A stretch of DNA of 64,000 nucleotides from contig JBMOPW010000021.1 of assembly GCA_049322915.1 (NCBI GenBank), positions 26,079 to 90,078 on the forward strand, written 5' to 3'. Position numbers and translations under genes: made by a program. This document shows positions 24,201 through 34,229 of the stretch, one piece after another (the first letter of the stretch is position 1; each line of letters starts with the position of its first letter). Origin of the DNA: Candidatus Zhuqueibacterota bacterium. Lineage in GTDB: Bacteria > Zhuqueibacterota > Zhuqueibacteria > Thermofontimicrobiales > Thermofontimicrobiaceae. The notes under the pieces were generated by a model that was not told the origin of the DNA, made no database searches, and saw only the letters and a program-made list of their open reading frames with translations.

Positions 24201-26316
24201 TATTGGCATCATTTTTTAAGGTTATCCAACTTTTGTTCGGTGGATAACGAATTTCTATATTTTTATCTAAAGATTTTAAATCGATTTTTTTTAATATATC
24301 TATTAGCTTTTTTGTATCTTTCAATTTTTGTTCCCAATTGAAATTGCTATTTTGAACATCTTGAATTATCAATGCTTTTTTAGAATGTGTATTCTTCTCA
24401 ATTGAAAGACATATTTCATAAAGAGAATCCAAAAACTCTTTTGTTTTTGAGAAATCGCTACATTTTACAATGTTTAAAGAATTGTAAGAAATATTCTTTT
24501 CAATAATGTATTTTCTAATTTCTACATACTTTTCAAATTCTGAAAAGGTAAAAATCTCGTTTTTATCAGGAATTTTATAATCGAACTTATTACAATCAAT
24601 CTCTTTATAATGTTGTGTTAAGCCAATAAAATTTTCAACCTGTTGAAAGATATCAGAATTTGAAATATTAAAATACTCATCCTTAAACCAATTAAATTTA
24701 ATAGTATCATGCTCAATTTTTTCGGCAATCTGAGTTAACGTCCCTTGATAGTATTTATTTATTTCCAGTTTTCTTGTGTTTTTTTCTTTTATTTTTAGCA
24801 GTTCATTTGTCTTATCAGCTCGCTTTTCTTTTAAAGTAAGCAGTTCTTTTTCAAATCTATCTTTCTCTTTATAATGGTCGGATAGATTAGTATTTGAAAG
24901 TTTATCATTAATTGAGTTTACACTCGTTTCGAGGTCTTGAATCGATGCAGAGTCTCCACTAAGCAAGTTGACAGACAGACTTTTAAAATCATCTGGCAAT
25001 TTTTCTTTTAAAACTTCAAGGGCACGTTTTGTATATGCTGTTATTAAAATTTTCTTCCCATTGGCTAAGAAATGGCAAATAAGATTGGCAATAGTATGTG
25101 ATTTACCCGTTCCAGGAGGACCTTGTACTAATACTTTGTTGTTTCGATTCGCTTTTTTAATAATTTCAATTTGTTCATCATTGTATTTTTTCGGAAAGTA
25201 AATTATATCATTTTTCTTAGAATCTAATGTATCGAAATCACCATTATTATTTGGATTGTACTCATTAAGGTCAATAATATCATTTAATGCTGGGATGTCG
25301 GTTTCATCTGATTTTTCTATGTCGGCAATTATTTTTTCATATAAGGCGGTAAAGCTTCTTGTGTTTCGCTTGCGTAACATTAATGCAGGTGCATAGAAGA
25401 TTGTTGGTCTTTTGGGAGCATCTTTTGGCTTAATTATTTCATCCTTAAAAAGGCCATCTGGACTAAACCTGTCAGCAATTATTTGAATAGTTTCTTTATT
25501 CTGTTTATCAAAGAGACTTGCTGCAATATTTTTCTCGTTGATAAATTCGATTGCTTTTCTTTCAGCTTCAATAATATCATTGGAATTAAATCGTTCAAAT
25601 AGATCAATAATTGAATCAGTTTCGATTTGTATATCATTTGATAAACTTGGTGCAATTGTTGGTCTTACAGGGTCTTCAAAATTTATCTCTACTCTTTGAG
25701 TTAGAATATGTCTACAAATCAATGGTGATTCATCATTTGCTTTAAAATTTAATAAGCCCAATCCCATTAGAAGTTCATATTCTTCACCAAATTGCTGTGA
25801 TTTATTGTTTATTAAAAACAGTTTTTTGTATATCGAATTTACTTCAATATAAGCTTTGTATTGAATTTCATAATTTTTGTATTCTTCCCAATACATTTCT
25901 GAATCTTCAAACCATTTGGTATTAATGTATTCATCAAATTCTTCTTTGATTTTTGGATTATCCACCAAATAGAATTTATTATTATCATCAATAAAAATGT
26001 ATTCATTTAAAATGGGAAATTCCTCTTTATTAAGTAGTGAGTCTTCTACTATCCATTTTTCTAAATTGGGCGGCGGAGGCGGAAATTTTGGTAATTCAGG
26101 CTCTAATGGCTTAGAAATTTTAATCCAATAGTCAGCATCTTTATTGAAATCTTCATCAAGAATACAATCAATTAATTCATTTTTTGGAATATCTGATAAC
26201 CATATTATATCGATATATTGGCTTGGAGCATTAATTATATCTCTTACCGCTTTGCTCCTTATCTTTGAAAATTCTAAAAGATAATTAAATACTTGAAGAT
26301 ACTTTTCTTTTTTCAT
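21226..26316 (-). CDS. SF1 (Upf1/DNA2-like) helicase with C-terminal MTES_1575/Vsr-like nuclease and an extra C-terminal domain; AT-rich insertion, probable defence gene
   Basis: QGPPGTGKS, IIDEASQ, VGDDKQ, EHFRC, FQGDERD and RFNVAVSRA motifs; FESWFE...RVDL...IAIECDG..WH...D..RQ..LER.GW. Far more AT-rich than its neighbours. Confidence 0.88.
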   Translation of the reverse strand: MKKEKYLQVFNYLLEFSKIRSKAVRDIINAPSQYIDIIWLSDIPKNELIDCILDEDFNKDADYWIKISKPLEPELPKFPPPPPNLEKWIVEDSLLNKEEFPILNEYIFIDDNNKFYLVDNPKIKEEFDEYINTKWFEDSEMYWEEYKNYEIQYKAYIEVNSIYKKLFLINNKSQQFGEEYELLMGLGLLNFKANDESPLICRHILTQRVEINFEDPVRPTIAPSLSNDIQIETDSIIDLFERFNSNDIIEAERKAIEFINEKNIAASLFDKQNKETIQIIADRFSPDGLFKDEIIKPKDAPKRPTIFYAPALMLRKRNTRSFTALYEKIIADIEKSDETDIPALNDIIDLNEYNPNNNGDFDTLDSKKNDIIYFPKKYNDEQIEIIKKANRNNKVLVQGPPGTGKSHTIANLICHFLANGKKILITAYTKRALEVLKEKLPDDFKSLSVNLLSGDSASIQDLETSVNSINDKLSNTNLSDHYKEKDRFEKELLTLKEKRADKTNELLKIKEKNTRKLEINKYYQGTLTQIAEKIEHDTIKFNWFKDEYFNISNSDIFQQVENFIGLTQHYKEIDCNKFDYKIPDKNEIFTFSEFEKYVEIRKYIIEKNISYNSLNIVKCSDFSKTKEFLDSLYEICLSIEKNTHSKKALIIQDVQNSNFNWEQKLKDTKKLIDILKKIDLKSLDKNIEIRYPPNKSWITLKNDANKLLHYLKSGNKLDGALFELKKPFLPKEIKEKLYFKNSVIVNGSPCDTKWEFSSVIEDIRIRQVFQDLAKIWNANIQNLSKNYFEYFEAFSQLCLDTNDLLDNLKRAKSLVAEIQIYSSLTIQGYNSNTIKKYIEDVERNYILKLDNDFNSRKDRICFYLSDDEFHPIALDIKKTILELDVFKFEQLLTKVDQLKSQKQQYDDFKKLENELKTYVPILVDEIINDTFDINNITNLNEAIHFKHAESEIKKLLDEGYENDLMADLFSYDEREEKLVSKIASLKAWVHVLTNLQNNRSLRQYLEAWVQAVRKIGKTGKGKRALRFRKEAQNQMDHCKTTVPCWIMPLYKVSETISPEQGMYDYVIIDEASQLGPDAIFLLYISKNIIIVGDDKQTSPEYVGVNADAMAPFINKHLKGIPFANFFDIAFSFFDHAKLFCEGLTVLREHFRCMPEIIEFSNKLFYAPDGKGLYPLKQYSENRLEPLKHVFCQNGFVEGQYQNIRNKVEAERIVDTFSELISDKRYDNKTVGVICLQGNAQGALIENLLLQRIGEKQFKERKIVCGNSASFQGDERDIIFLSLVTAHNHNRSALTRPEDERRFNVAVSRAIEQIWLFHSVQMEDINNTNDLRYKLLDHFINFKNIQEGWKRLIPIPKVKKMGEQPPPFESWFEVDVYNDIVSRSYSVIPQYEVAKGKYRVDLVAILPDGTKIAIECDGDIWHGAEQFQNDLMRQKVLERCGWQFFRIKGGEYYSNRIKALEPLWKILNSKPNHQTTEKIIDDKNDIEHEETTKDSQPHNNNLSFATLHNNRPHPLAAIEPKNVRQSEILVFTDKYNVYKIANNSYYSKQHILDSINFEKDEKPIYITSTSDFSGYMLFGFENGKVAKIFMKSYETETQRKRLKNAYNNNSKIVYIDHLKEDVELVAISSIKKILIFNTAHINPKESRNSQGNQVMKSKNNSIMQKIKKVNHVSFQNIDYYKKDIPAIGNYLLSGDRI

Positions 26317-26564
26317 AGCTGCATCCAATTGTTGAGTTGCATATAAGTTCTTCAATCCTTTTTTGTAGCTTTATTGCAATTAAAACGAAAGAATAATTAT
26401 TTTTTAAACAGAACTTATTGTATAGTTTTTTCAAAACTTACAATTTATATTTATTATTAAGCACCGAACATTTTGTTTGAACCTGCCAGCGGACTGGGCG
26501 ACCGTTGACGGCAGTCTAGTACGTGAAATCAAAGCCCATAATCAGAACAGAATACCGCTCATGA

Positions 26565-28262
26565 TCACTTCTGTTCGAACACCACTTTTCCGCCGACGAT
26601 GGTCATATCGACTCTGGCTTTCATGATCTGATCTTCGGGCAGGGTCAATAAATCCTCGCGAAAAATGACCATGTCTGCCAGATGGCCCGGCTTGATTTTG
26701 CCTTTGCGGTCTTCCATGAATTGGGCGTAGGCCGAGCCGGCCGTGTACAACGCAATGGCTTCCTCCATGGTGAGTTTTTGCGCCGGGAACCAGCCATCGC
26801 CGGGTTCGCCGGCCCGGTCTTTGCGCGTGACGGCGGCGTACAGCCCTTCCAGCGGATCGAGCGGTTCAACCGGGTAATCTGTCCCAAAGGCGATTTTCGC
26901 GCCGGCATCGAGCAGGCTGCGCCAGGCATAGGCGTATTTGCTGCGTTCGTGCCCGATGCGTTTTTCGCAGAATCGTTTGTCCGTGATGCAGTGAGTCGGC
27001 TGCATGGACGCAACGACGCCCAATTCCGCGAATCGGGGGATATCTTCGGCGGTCAAAATCTGCGCGTGCTCGCTGCGATGCCGGCTATCCCGCGCGCCGT
27101 TCACCTGCCGGGCTTTTTGAAATGCATCGAGAATCCATCGGTTCGCTTTGGGGCCAATGGCGTGGATGCCAATCTGAAATCCCAGCGTATCGCAGGCGAG
27201 GACCTGCTTTTCCAATTCTTCATAAGACATTTGCGGCAGCCCGGTATTGCCCGGCGCGTCATCGAAAGGCTCAAAGAGCATCATGGTGCCGGAACCGAGC
27301 GTACCGTCCATGAACCCTTTGAGGTAGCCGAAGCGAATCCAGTTGCCGGTCTGTGGGTATTTTTTTCGCAGCGAATCGTACTGGCTCAATCGTTCGGCGT
27401 CCGCTGTCAATCTGCCTGCCACATCCACGCGCATGGTCAATTTTCCGGCGTCAAATAACTGCTGATAGAATTCAGCATCGCCGCCGCCCGGGTGCTGAAT
27501 GCTGGTCACGCCAAGCCGGGCTGCCATTTCCATGGCTGCCTGCCAGCCGTGCTCATTTCGTCGGGCAATTTCCTCCGGCGTGCGTTGCACTTTCACGGCG
27601 CCATAGGTGAGCAGTTCTTCTGCGGCTTCTTTGAAAATACCGGTCGGCTCGCCGGTCACCGGGTCTTTCATGATTTCACCGCCTTCCGGATTGGGCGTGT
27701 CTCTGGTGATGCCGGATTTTTTTATGACGTAGCTGTTCACCAGCACCGAGTGCCCATCGGCGCGACTGAGCACCACCGGGTTGTTGGGCGAGACCGGATC
27801 GATCAACTCTTTGGTCGGCCACTGCCGGGTGATGAACATTTCATGCTCCCAGCGGCCGCCGCGAATGAGTTCCCCCGGCAAGGAGCGTTGCACCCGCTCG
27901 CGAACCCGCTCTGTGATGACGGCCGGATCGGTGGTGTAGCGCAAATCGATGTAGTCCGGGTTGATTGCCGCCCAATGCGCATGGGCGTCGTTGAAACCGG
28001 GTATCACCAGTCGCCCGCCGGCGTCGATGACACGGGTTGAACCCGGCGCGATGTATGAGTCAATTTTCTTGTTGGAACCGACAGCGACAATGTCCTCACC
28101 AATCACGGCGACTGCTTCAGCCCTGGGATTGTCCGAATCGATGGTGAGTATCCGGGCATTTTTAATGACCAGATCCGCTGGACGGCTGGCGCGGTTCTCG
28201 CAACCCCATATCAGAAGCGGGACAAGGGCGAGTATTAACAATGAAAAAAAATTTCTTCGCAT
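26565..28262 (-). CDS. Amidohydrolase_3 (YtcJ-like) lipoprotein
   Basis: PGFNDAHAH, DGTLGS, HAIG, RSEHAQ, SMQPTH and GTDYPVE motifs. GGAGG precedes ATG 28262. Confidence 0.9.
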   Translation of the reverse strand: MRRNFFSLLILALVPLLIWGCENRASRPADLVIKNARILTIDSDNPRAEAVAVIGEDIVAVGSNKKIDSYIAPGSTRVIDAGGRLVIPGFNDAHAHWAAINPDYIDLRYTTDPAVITERVRERVQRSLPGELIRGGRWEHEMFITRQWPTKELIDPVSPNNPVVLSRADGHSVLVNSYVIKKSGITRDTPNPEGGEIMKDPVTGEPTGIFKEAAEELLTYGAVKVQRTPEEIARRNEHGWQAAMEMAARLGVTSIQHPGGGDAEFYQQLFDAGKLTMRVDVAGRLTADAERLSQYDSLRKKYPQTGNWIRFGYLKGFMDGTLGSGTMMLFEPFDDAPGNTGLPQMSYEELEKQVLACDTLGFQIGIHAIGPKANRWILDAFQKARQVNGARDSRHRSEHAQILTAEDIPRFAELGVVASMQPTHCITDKRFCEKRIGHERSKYAYAWRSLLDAGAKIAFGTDYPVEPLDPLEGLYAAVTRKDRAGEPGDGWFPAQKLTMEEAIALYTAGSAYAQFMEDRKGKIKPGHLADMVIFREDLLTLPEDQIMKARVDMTIVGGKVVFEQK

Positions 28263-28381
28263 AAGACCTCCTTCATCAAAAATGACAGAAAACGGACCGG
28301 TGGCCGGCTGCACCCTGGACGCGTTCCAGAGTCAATTTTTCATTTCAACTCTGTTTTTCTGTGAGCCATGCCCGGACCCTG

Positions 28382-29182
28382 TCACGTGCGATTTTGTACA
28401 CGCTGAAAAACCGCATCGTGCGGGAACTGCTCGTCGATGGGGGACTGCGCCAGATCAGCTAAAAATTCACCGATACGCCGGCACACCAGTTCCAGATAGC
28501 GCGCGCCTTTTTCAGCCGAAGCGCCGGACGGATCGCCCACCGCGCAGTAGTCATTCAATCTGGAAAAACGACGGCTGGTCTTCACCCAGTTTTTTTTCAA
28601 CGCCTCGAACCGAAACGCCCTGGGCAGCGCAATCTGCGCTTTGTCCAGTTCGACCAGGTCCGGGAAGAGGGCCAGCGCAATGGATGTCTCAAATTCCCCG
28701 GCATGGTCGTCCGGCTTCTCAAAAATTTCTGAGTAGGTATCAAAACCGACCTTCCACCAATCGCACAGGAAAATATGCACATCCAGATCGCATTGCAACT
28801 GACGCATCAGAGGATCAAAATTATTGCCGCCATGTCCGTTGATGAGCACAATTTTCCGAATGCCATAGTGCTTGAGGGAAACGATAATATCCTTCACCAT
28901 CGCATCCAGCGTGGCCTGGGAGACGTGAATCGCCAGGGGAAAATCCATCAAATTGCAGTCGACGCCAAAGGGGAGGGTTGGCAGGCAGATAACAGACTGG
29001 CATTTTTCCCACGCCAATTGGCACGACTGTTTGGCGACGTAATCGGTATGCAAAAAATCCTGACCTTCCGGCAAATGCAGATTGTGCGGCTCAATGGCGC
29101 CGACCGGCAGGACAGCCACTTCCAGTTTGGCCGCCGTTAATCGATCCAGATTTGTCCGGCTGATATCCCATGGTTGAATCAA
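28382..29182 (-). CDS. Creatininase family protein
   Basis: PVGAIEPHNLHLP, NGHGGN and HAGEFETS motifs. Confidence 0.9.
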   Translation of the reverse strand: MIQPWDISRTNLDRLTAAKLEVAVLPVGAIEPHNLHLPEGQDFLHTDYVAKQSCQLAWEKCQSVICLPTLPFGVDCNLMDFPLAIHVSQATLDAMVKDIIVSLKHYGIRKIVLINGHGGNNFDPLMRQLQCDLDVHIFLCDWWKVGFDTYSEIFEKPDDHAGEFETSIALALFPDLVELDKAQIALPRAFRFEALKKNWVKTSRRFSRLNDYCAVGDPSGASAEKGARYLELVCRRIGEFLADLAQSPIDEQFPHDAVFQRVQNRT

Positions 29183-29342
29183 TGTGTGACCTTCCCATTC
29201 TGATTAAGCTACTACCGGGCTGAATATATACCCAGGGCGGGGAATGGATTGTTCATCGTTCGGGGCGAATATCCCGAACGATCGGTTGGCAAGTTTAGCG
29301 TACTACAAATGAAAAAACAATTCCCTGGATTGAAATGTAAAC

Positions 29343-31664
29343 TTAGTTATTTGTCGCCCGGTGATACCGCGTCGCCGGCACCTGTTGTTTGGAGAGCCCC
29401 GGGCCTTCGTACGATAATCTGAGCATGGCATTGGCCCCGGCCTGAAGGTACAGCAATTTGAATGGATGAAGCCCGCTCGTCAGTTGAATCGATCCGCGTC
29501 GTTCCTGCAGGCTGTGAACACCGTCGTTCGACACCACTTCGGTTTCGTCGATGAATAATTTGGAGCCGTCGTCCGACATGAGATAGAAGAGGTACTGGCC
29601 ATCGGCAGCAATTTCCAACTGACCTTCAAAGACAATCATGAATTGCTCCGGCCGATGTTCAATTTCCGACAATCCGATGTCATAGACTTTCCCCTCGCGC
29701 ACGGTGCGCAGCATGGAATAATCCATGACGCGATCCCAGTTGCCTTCGTAGTAGCGGTAATGAATGCCATTGACAGCCGGATCCACGCGAATGAATCGGG
29801 AAGTATCCGGCCGGCTCACGCGACCATTTCTCAAATAGGTCTGAGCGATGAGCGTGGTCGATTCGTTGATTTCTATCGGTTCGGAACAGACTGGAGATGA
29901 CTCGGTTGGCGCGGAGCCGTCCACTGTGTAACGAACGAGGCTTCCTGCAACGGGCGGCTTTAAATGGACATGAATCGGTTTCAGAACGATGGTCTGGCTG
30001 GTTGTTCCCACCGGTGTGGGCACGCGGAAATGAATATCCATCGCCGCCAATCGGTCAAAATGAGCCGAGAGCCGCTGCTGAAAATCTTCGTAGTCCTTTT
30101 TATTTTTCTGTGTCCAGACCACTTCGGCGAGCGCGGCCATCCGCGGATGGGCCATGTATTCGGCGTGCGCCGGCGTGGGAATGTACTCGGTCCAGATATT
30201 GCCCTGAGCGCCAAGGATGTGTTTCACTTTGTCCTTTTCCAGATCGTCCGGCACAGGCTCGAACTCATAGACCTTTACCAGCGGAAGAAAGCCGCCAATG
30301 GCGAGGGGCTCCCCGCGACTGGCCTGGTAATAGTCGAAGTAGCAGTAGGAGGTCGGCGTCATAACCACATCGTGTCCGCTGTTGGCCGCCTCGATGCCGC
30401 CCTGCATGCCGCGCCAGGACATGACCGTCGCATTGGGCGCCAGTCCGCCCTCGAGTATTTCGTCCCAACCGATGAGCCGCTTGCCTTTATCGTTGAGAAA
30501 TTTCTCAATTCGCTTGACGAAGTAACTCTGCAATTCGTTCTCGTCCTTCAATCCTTCGGATTTAATTCGGGCCTGACACGCGGGGCATTCTTTCCAGCGC
30601 ATTTTATTCGCTTCGTCGCCGCCAATGTGAATGAATTCCGATGGAAAAAGCGCAATCACTTCAGACAATACGTCTTCCAGAAATCGGAATGTCTCCTCTT
30701 TGCCCGCGCAGTAAATATCGACGATGGGCCAGTAGCCGCCGGGAAGCACGGTGTAGGGGCCGCCGGTGCATGAATACTGTGGATAGGCAGCAAGCGCCGC
30801 CACAGCATGTCCCGGCATTTCAATCTCAGGAACGACGGTGACGAATCGGCTTTTGGCATATTCGACAATTTCGCGGATTTCGTCCTGGGTGTAGAATCCG
30901 CCGTAGGTCGCCGATTCTTCCGGTCGCTGCGGTTCGCGGTCGTTCCAGTGGCGGTCCTCACGGTCGACCCGCCAGGCGCCGACCTCGGTCAATTTGGGAT
31001 ATTTTTTAATTTCAATGCGCCAGCCCTGGTCTTCGGTGAGATGCCAGTGGAACGTGTTCATTTTGTGGTAGGCGATCTGGTCGATGTAGCGTTTGACAAA
31101 CTCTTTGGGAAAGAAATGCCGGCAGACATCCAGATGCATGCCGCGCCAGACAAATCGGGGCGCATCGCTGATCGTGACGCAGGGTGCTGTCCACTGTTCC
31201 CGAACCACGGGCGCATCGCTTTCGATTTCCGGCGGGAATAGCTGTCGCAACGTCTGGACGCCGTAAAACAATCCGGCCGGCTGATTGGCCAGAATTTCAA
31301 TCCGCTGCGTCCGCACGGTCAATCGATAGCCTTCATTGCCGAGGTCCAATGGCGGCTGCGCCAGGGAAAGGAAAATGCCGGGCGCATTTTTTTCTGTCGG
31401 TTCAGCAATGGGGGAGAGCGTTGTGGCATACCCGGTGGCGGTGTTCAAAATTGAAGCCAGATATTCGCCAATCTGCCGGAGTTGCAGATCGTCATTTTTG
31501 AGATAGATCTTTGTATCCGGTTGAAGAATGAATTCGCCACGGGTCTGATCGACACTCAGCGGCCGGGGGATGATGGAAATGGTGTCGCTATTTTTTCCCC
31601 CAATGCAACGCGCGGTGAGAAGGATAACCAACGGAAGCAATGTGAGCAGCACAAATTGTTTCAT
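29343..31664 (-). CDS. GH20 beta-N-acetylhexosaminidase with Fn3-associated and PA14 domains
   Basis: RGMHLDVCRHF, HWHLTEDQGWR, PEIEMPGH, HIGGDE and WTEYI motifs; SDDGS PA14 motif. Likely start at 31664. Confidence 0.93.
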   Translation of the reverse strand: MKQFVLLTLLPLVILLTARCIGGKNSDTISIIPRPLSVDQTRGEFILQPDTKIYLKNDDLQLRQIGEYLASILNTATGYATTLSPIAEPTEKNAPGIFLSLAQPPLDLGNEGYRLTVRTQRIEILANQPAGLFYGVQTLRQLFPPEIESDAPVVREQWTAPCVTISDAPRFVWRGMHLDVCRHFFPKEFVKRYIDQIAYHKMNTFHWHLTEDQGWRIEIKKYPKLTEVGAWRVDREDRHWNDREPQRPEESATYGGFYTQDEIREIVEYAKSRFVTVVPEIEMPGHAVAALAAYPQYSCTGGPYTVLPGGYWPIVDIYCAGKEETFRFLEDVLSEVIALFPSEFIHIGGDEANKMRWKECPACQARIKSEGLKDENELQSYFVKRIEKFLNDKGKRLIGWDEILEGGLAPNATVMSWRGMQGGIEAANSGHDVVMTPTSYCYFDYYQASRGEPLAIGGFLPLVKVYEFEPVPDDLEKDKVKHILGAQGNIWTEYIPTPAHAEYMAHPRMAALAEVVWTQKNKKDYEDFQQRLSAHFDRLAAMDIHFRVPTPVGTTSQTIVLKPIHVHLKPPVAGSLVRYTVDGSAPTESSPVCSEPIEINESTTLIAQTYLRNGRVSRPDTSRFIRVDPAVNGIHYRYYEGNWDRVMDYSMLRTVREGKVYDIGLSEIEHRPEQFMIVFEGQLEIAADGQYLFYLMSDDGSKLFIDETEVVSNDGVHSLQERRGSIQLTSGLHPFKLLYLQAGANAMLRLSYEGPGLSKQQVPATRYHRATNN

Positions 31665-31793
31665 AGAACATCCTTTCATCTTTTGAAAAAGTCCATCGTG
31701 AAAAAGAGTACGCGAAATGACCCTCAGCGCTGACCGGCAACGAGACATTCGAAGTGACGAACCGACTCTCGTCGCATCGAATCGATTCCGGTA

Positions 31794-32978
31794 TTACTTG
31801 CGGCTGGTTGAAAACCGTTCGTCCAACTCAGCCAATGTGAAACGGACGGAAACAATGAACGGCTCCTCGCCTTCGACCCAATGGCCGTAGGTGGTGAGGA
31901 CGAACATGTCGTCCGAAAGCACCTCAACGCCGGGATAGGCGCAGTCCCATTCGTTTTTGTTGTCCATGAGTCGAACGCGATACTGGCCTTCCTGTCCGTT
32001 CACAATGTCCCGGTAACTGCCCACCCAGGCGACCCAATCTCCCCGGGTTGGCGACTCGTGCGCCGTGTCCCGGAAAGAAATCACTAACCGGCCATCGGAA
32101 GCGTACTTGCCGGTATGCCTGTCCCCGGTGAGCGCTGCCGGAAGTTCGCGCGGCGCTGTCCATGTCTGACCTTCATCATCGGAAAAGATGACGAATGAGT
32201 TCCGCGTGCGGGTGTTTTCCCGCAGCAGAGCAGCCAATTGCCGCCCGTCCGGCGAGCGAAGGATCCCCGGCTCGCAGAGATGAACCGTGTCGGAGCGATG
32301 AACGACAACCGGGAATGACCAGGTCAATCCGCCGTCCCCTGAAATTGTCTGATACAGCGTCATGGTGCGCGAGTGTGTTCCGTGTTCGGTGAAGAAACGG
32401 CCATCGTCGTGGAACATGGCCAGGTAATTACCATCTCGCAAGGCCACGACGCTGCCCATGACGACGATGCCGCCCCAGTTGCCGATCGGCGAAAGCGGCG
32501 TCCAATCGAGGCCATCATTTTCCGATACAGCCATCCGCGCCGGGTACAGCCCTGAAAAAAGGATGAGCCGTTTCACTCCTTTACCATCAATGACGCGATG
32601 GATGGTGGGCGTTTCCAGCGAAGTCGCCCAGTTCTCAGGGACAGGCAGCCGCTCGCTCCACGTGAGACCGCCGTCCTCGCTGCGTTTCATCACAATCGCG
32701 CCGCGGCCGTGACCTTTGGGGTAGACGACGATGATAGTTTTGTCATCTTCCAGCAGCACCGTCGATGGGTGGCCGAGATACTGGCCTGTCTCACGATCCA
32801 CAATAGTCTGCCGATGGTTTTCGCCGGCTATGTCAATGAGAGGGATGGAATAACCGCGCGGCAATGGCCTGTCCGCAACAAGTTGGGAAAGGCAGGGATG
32901 GAAACAGATCAGCATGATGATCGGAATGATGCCGGAGAGTGAGATTCGTTCAGGTACATCGCGGAACAACTTCTTCAT
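31794..32978 (-). CDS. Sialidase-like BNR/Asp-box protein
   Basis: Asp-boxes SEDGGLTW, SENDGLDW, SGDGGLTW and SDDEGQTW; CEP and DCAYP motifs. Confidence 0.8.
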   Translation of the reverse strand: MKKLFRDVPERISLSGIIPIIMLICFHPCLSQLVADRPLPRGYSIPLIDIAGENHRQTIVDRETGQYLGHPSTVLLEDDKTIIVVYPKGHGRGAIVMKRSEDGGLTWSERLPVPENWATSLETPTIHRVIDGKGVKRLILFSGLYPARMAVSENDGLDWTPLSPIGNWGGIVVMGSVVALRDGNYLAMFHDDGRFFTEHGTHSRTMTLYQTISGDGGLTWSFPVVVHRSDTVHLCEPGILRSPDGRQLAALLRENTRTRNSFVIFSDDEGQTWTAPRELPAALTGDRHTGKYASDGRLVISFRDTAHESPTRGDWVAWVGSYRDIVNGQEGQYRVRLMDNKNEWDCAYPGVEVLSDDMFVLTTYGHWVEGEEPFIVSVRFTLAELDERFSTSRK

Positions 32979-33109
32979 ACAGAGACCTTGTATCGCTATA
33001 ATTTTCAATTCTATTTTTTGTTGAAGACAGATTGCAGATTCGATGGAAATTGAAACGAGTAGGATATATCCAATAACTTCTTAATTATTGGTGAATTTGA
33101 AACTGGGGA

Positions 33110-33138
33110 AATATCCATAAAATAATTTTAAATGTCAA
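33110..33138 (-). promoter_or_regulatory. Putative sigma70 promoter for the glycan cluster
   Basis: Minus strand TTGACA-N17-GATATT, with TG just upstream of the -10. Confidence 0.45.
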
Positions 33139-33204
33139 TAAAAAAATTGTGGCCGGGGGAAATTAAGCAGGAATTTTTTGAGGGCAGTCAGCGGAACCGT
33201 GAAT

Positions 33205-33236
33205 AAAAAAGGCACCCGGTTTCTCAGGTGCCTTTT
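33205..33236 (-). terminator. Rho-independent terminator (possibly bidirectional)
   Basis: A6-GGCACC-N10-GGTGCC-T4. Confidence 0.75.
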
Positions 33237-33695
33237 GCTGAAGGAGGAAATTTATGAACAGAATGGGAAAGAAGGATTGGGTGGCTCAAATTCAATGCCA
33301 GTTCGGAAAAGGTACATTGCTCAGATTTTTCGTTTGATTTACACAGCAATACGCGAAGGTTGAAAAGAATGTTTCGAAGAAAATTGAGAAATTTTTGTAG
33401 GATTAGCTGACGCAGATTCATTGCAGCGTCGTTCGCACAGATGCAGGATAGGAAGTGCCGCGTGCATCGGCCGGCAGTCCGTGCAGATTCTGAGCATGGA
33501 GGAACCGTGCGGAGATGGCAGCCTCACCGGTTCGGAAAATGGGTGTTCGATGCGATTGAACGAAAAGAGGAATTTTGGATGAGTCGGGACTGACGATGCA
33601 TCCAAAATTCCTCAGGGTGCGTCATTGCATGGTTCTCCGATGATGTGAAATTCTCCGAAACAGGTCGGCTGGCCTGAATCGGACAGAGCGCTGAT

Positions 33696-34205
33696 TTAGC
33701 CTTTGGGCTGTGCGTCTGTTTTGCCTTTATCGCCGGAAACAACGCCGGCTATTTTAGTGCCAAAGTAAAATGCAATCATCAATTGAAATGCTGTTAAAAG
33801 CGGATCAAGGATCTCTTTGATGCGGACATGTTCCTGTATATTCGTCAGGGCATACCCTTCCAGAAGCACGACGGTGAAAAGCAGTGTCACGGTAAGCACC
33901 GCCCTGAAAAGGCCGGGCGGAAGCCCGAGAGTTTCATGGAGGTAGGGACTATCTTCATGATCCAATGGCTGGTATTTGAGAATCATATAATATAGAAAGA
34001 TGATGACAGTCAACAGCCAGACGATGAGCAGCGAGAGCGCCATGGTGAGATAGGCGTTGCTCAGATTATTATTTTCCACTTTCGATGACAGGTAATGATG
34101 GGTGAAATACAGCGCGCAGGCTAAGAGTAAAATGATAAATATGGCAATGCTCCATTTGATCCGGAGTTGCGTTCGTTTTTTCATGTCAAAGGGTAGGGTT
34201 GTCAT
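33696..34205 (-). CDS. 4-TM membrane protein, holin-like C-terminus
   Basis: Four hydrophobic segments; LGLPPG..RA motif and terminal AFYFGTK. Confidence 0.6.
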   Translation of the reverse strand: MTTLPFDMKKRTQLRIKWSIAIFIILLLACALYFTHHYLSSKVENNNLSNAYLTMALSLLIVWLLTVIIFLYYMILKYQPLDHEDSPYLHETLGLPPGLFRAVLTVTLLFTVVLLEGYALTNIQEHVRIKEILDPLLTAFQLMIAFYFGTKIAGVVSGDKGKTDAQPKG

Positions 34206-34229
34206 AGTGACTCCTTTTTTGAATGATGA

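Noticed and set aside
33010..33690. Riboswitch upstream of the glycan cluster
   Set aside because: No conserved aptamer motif (c-di-GMP, TPP, cobalamin, SAM) recognised by eye.
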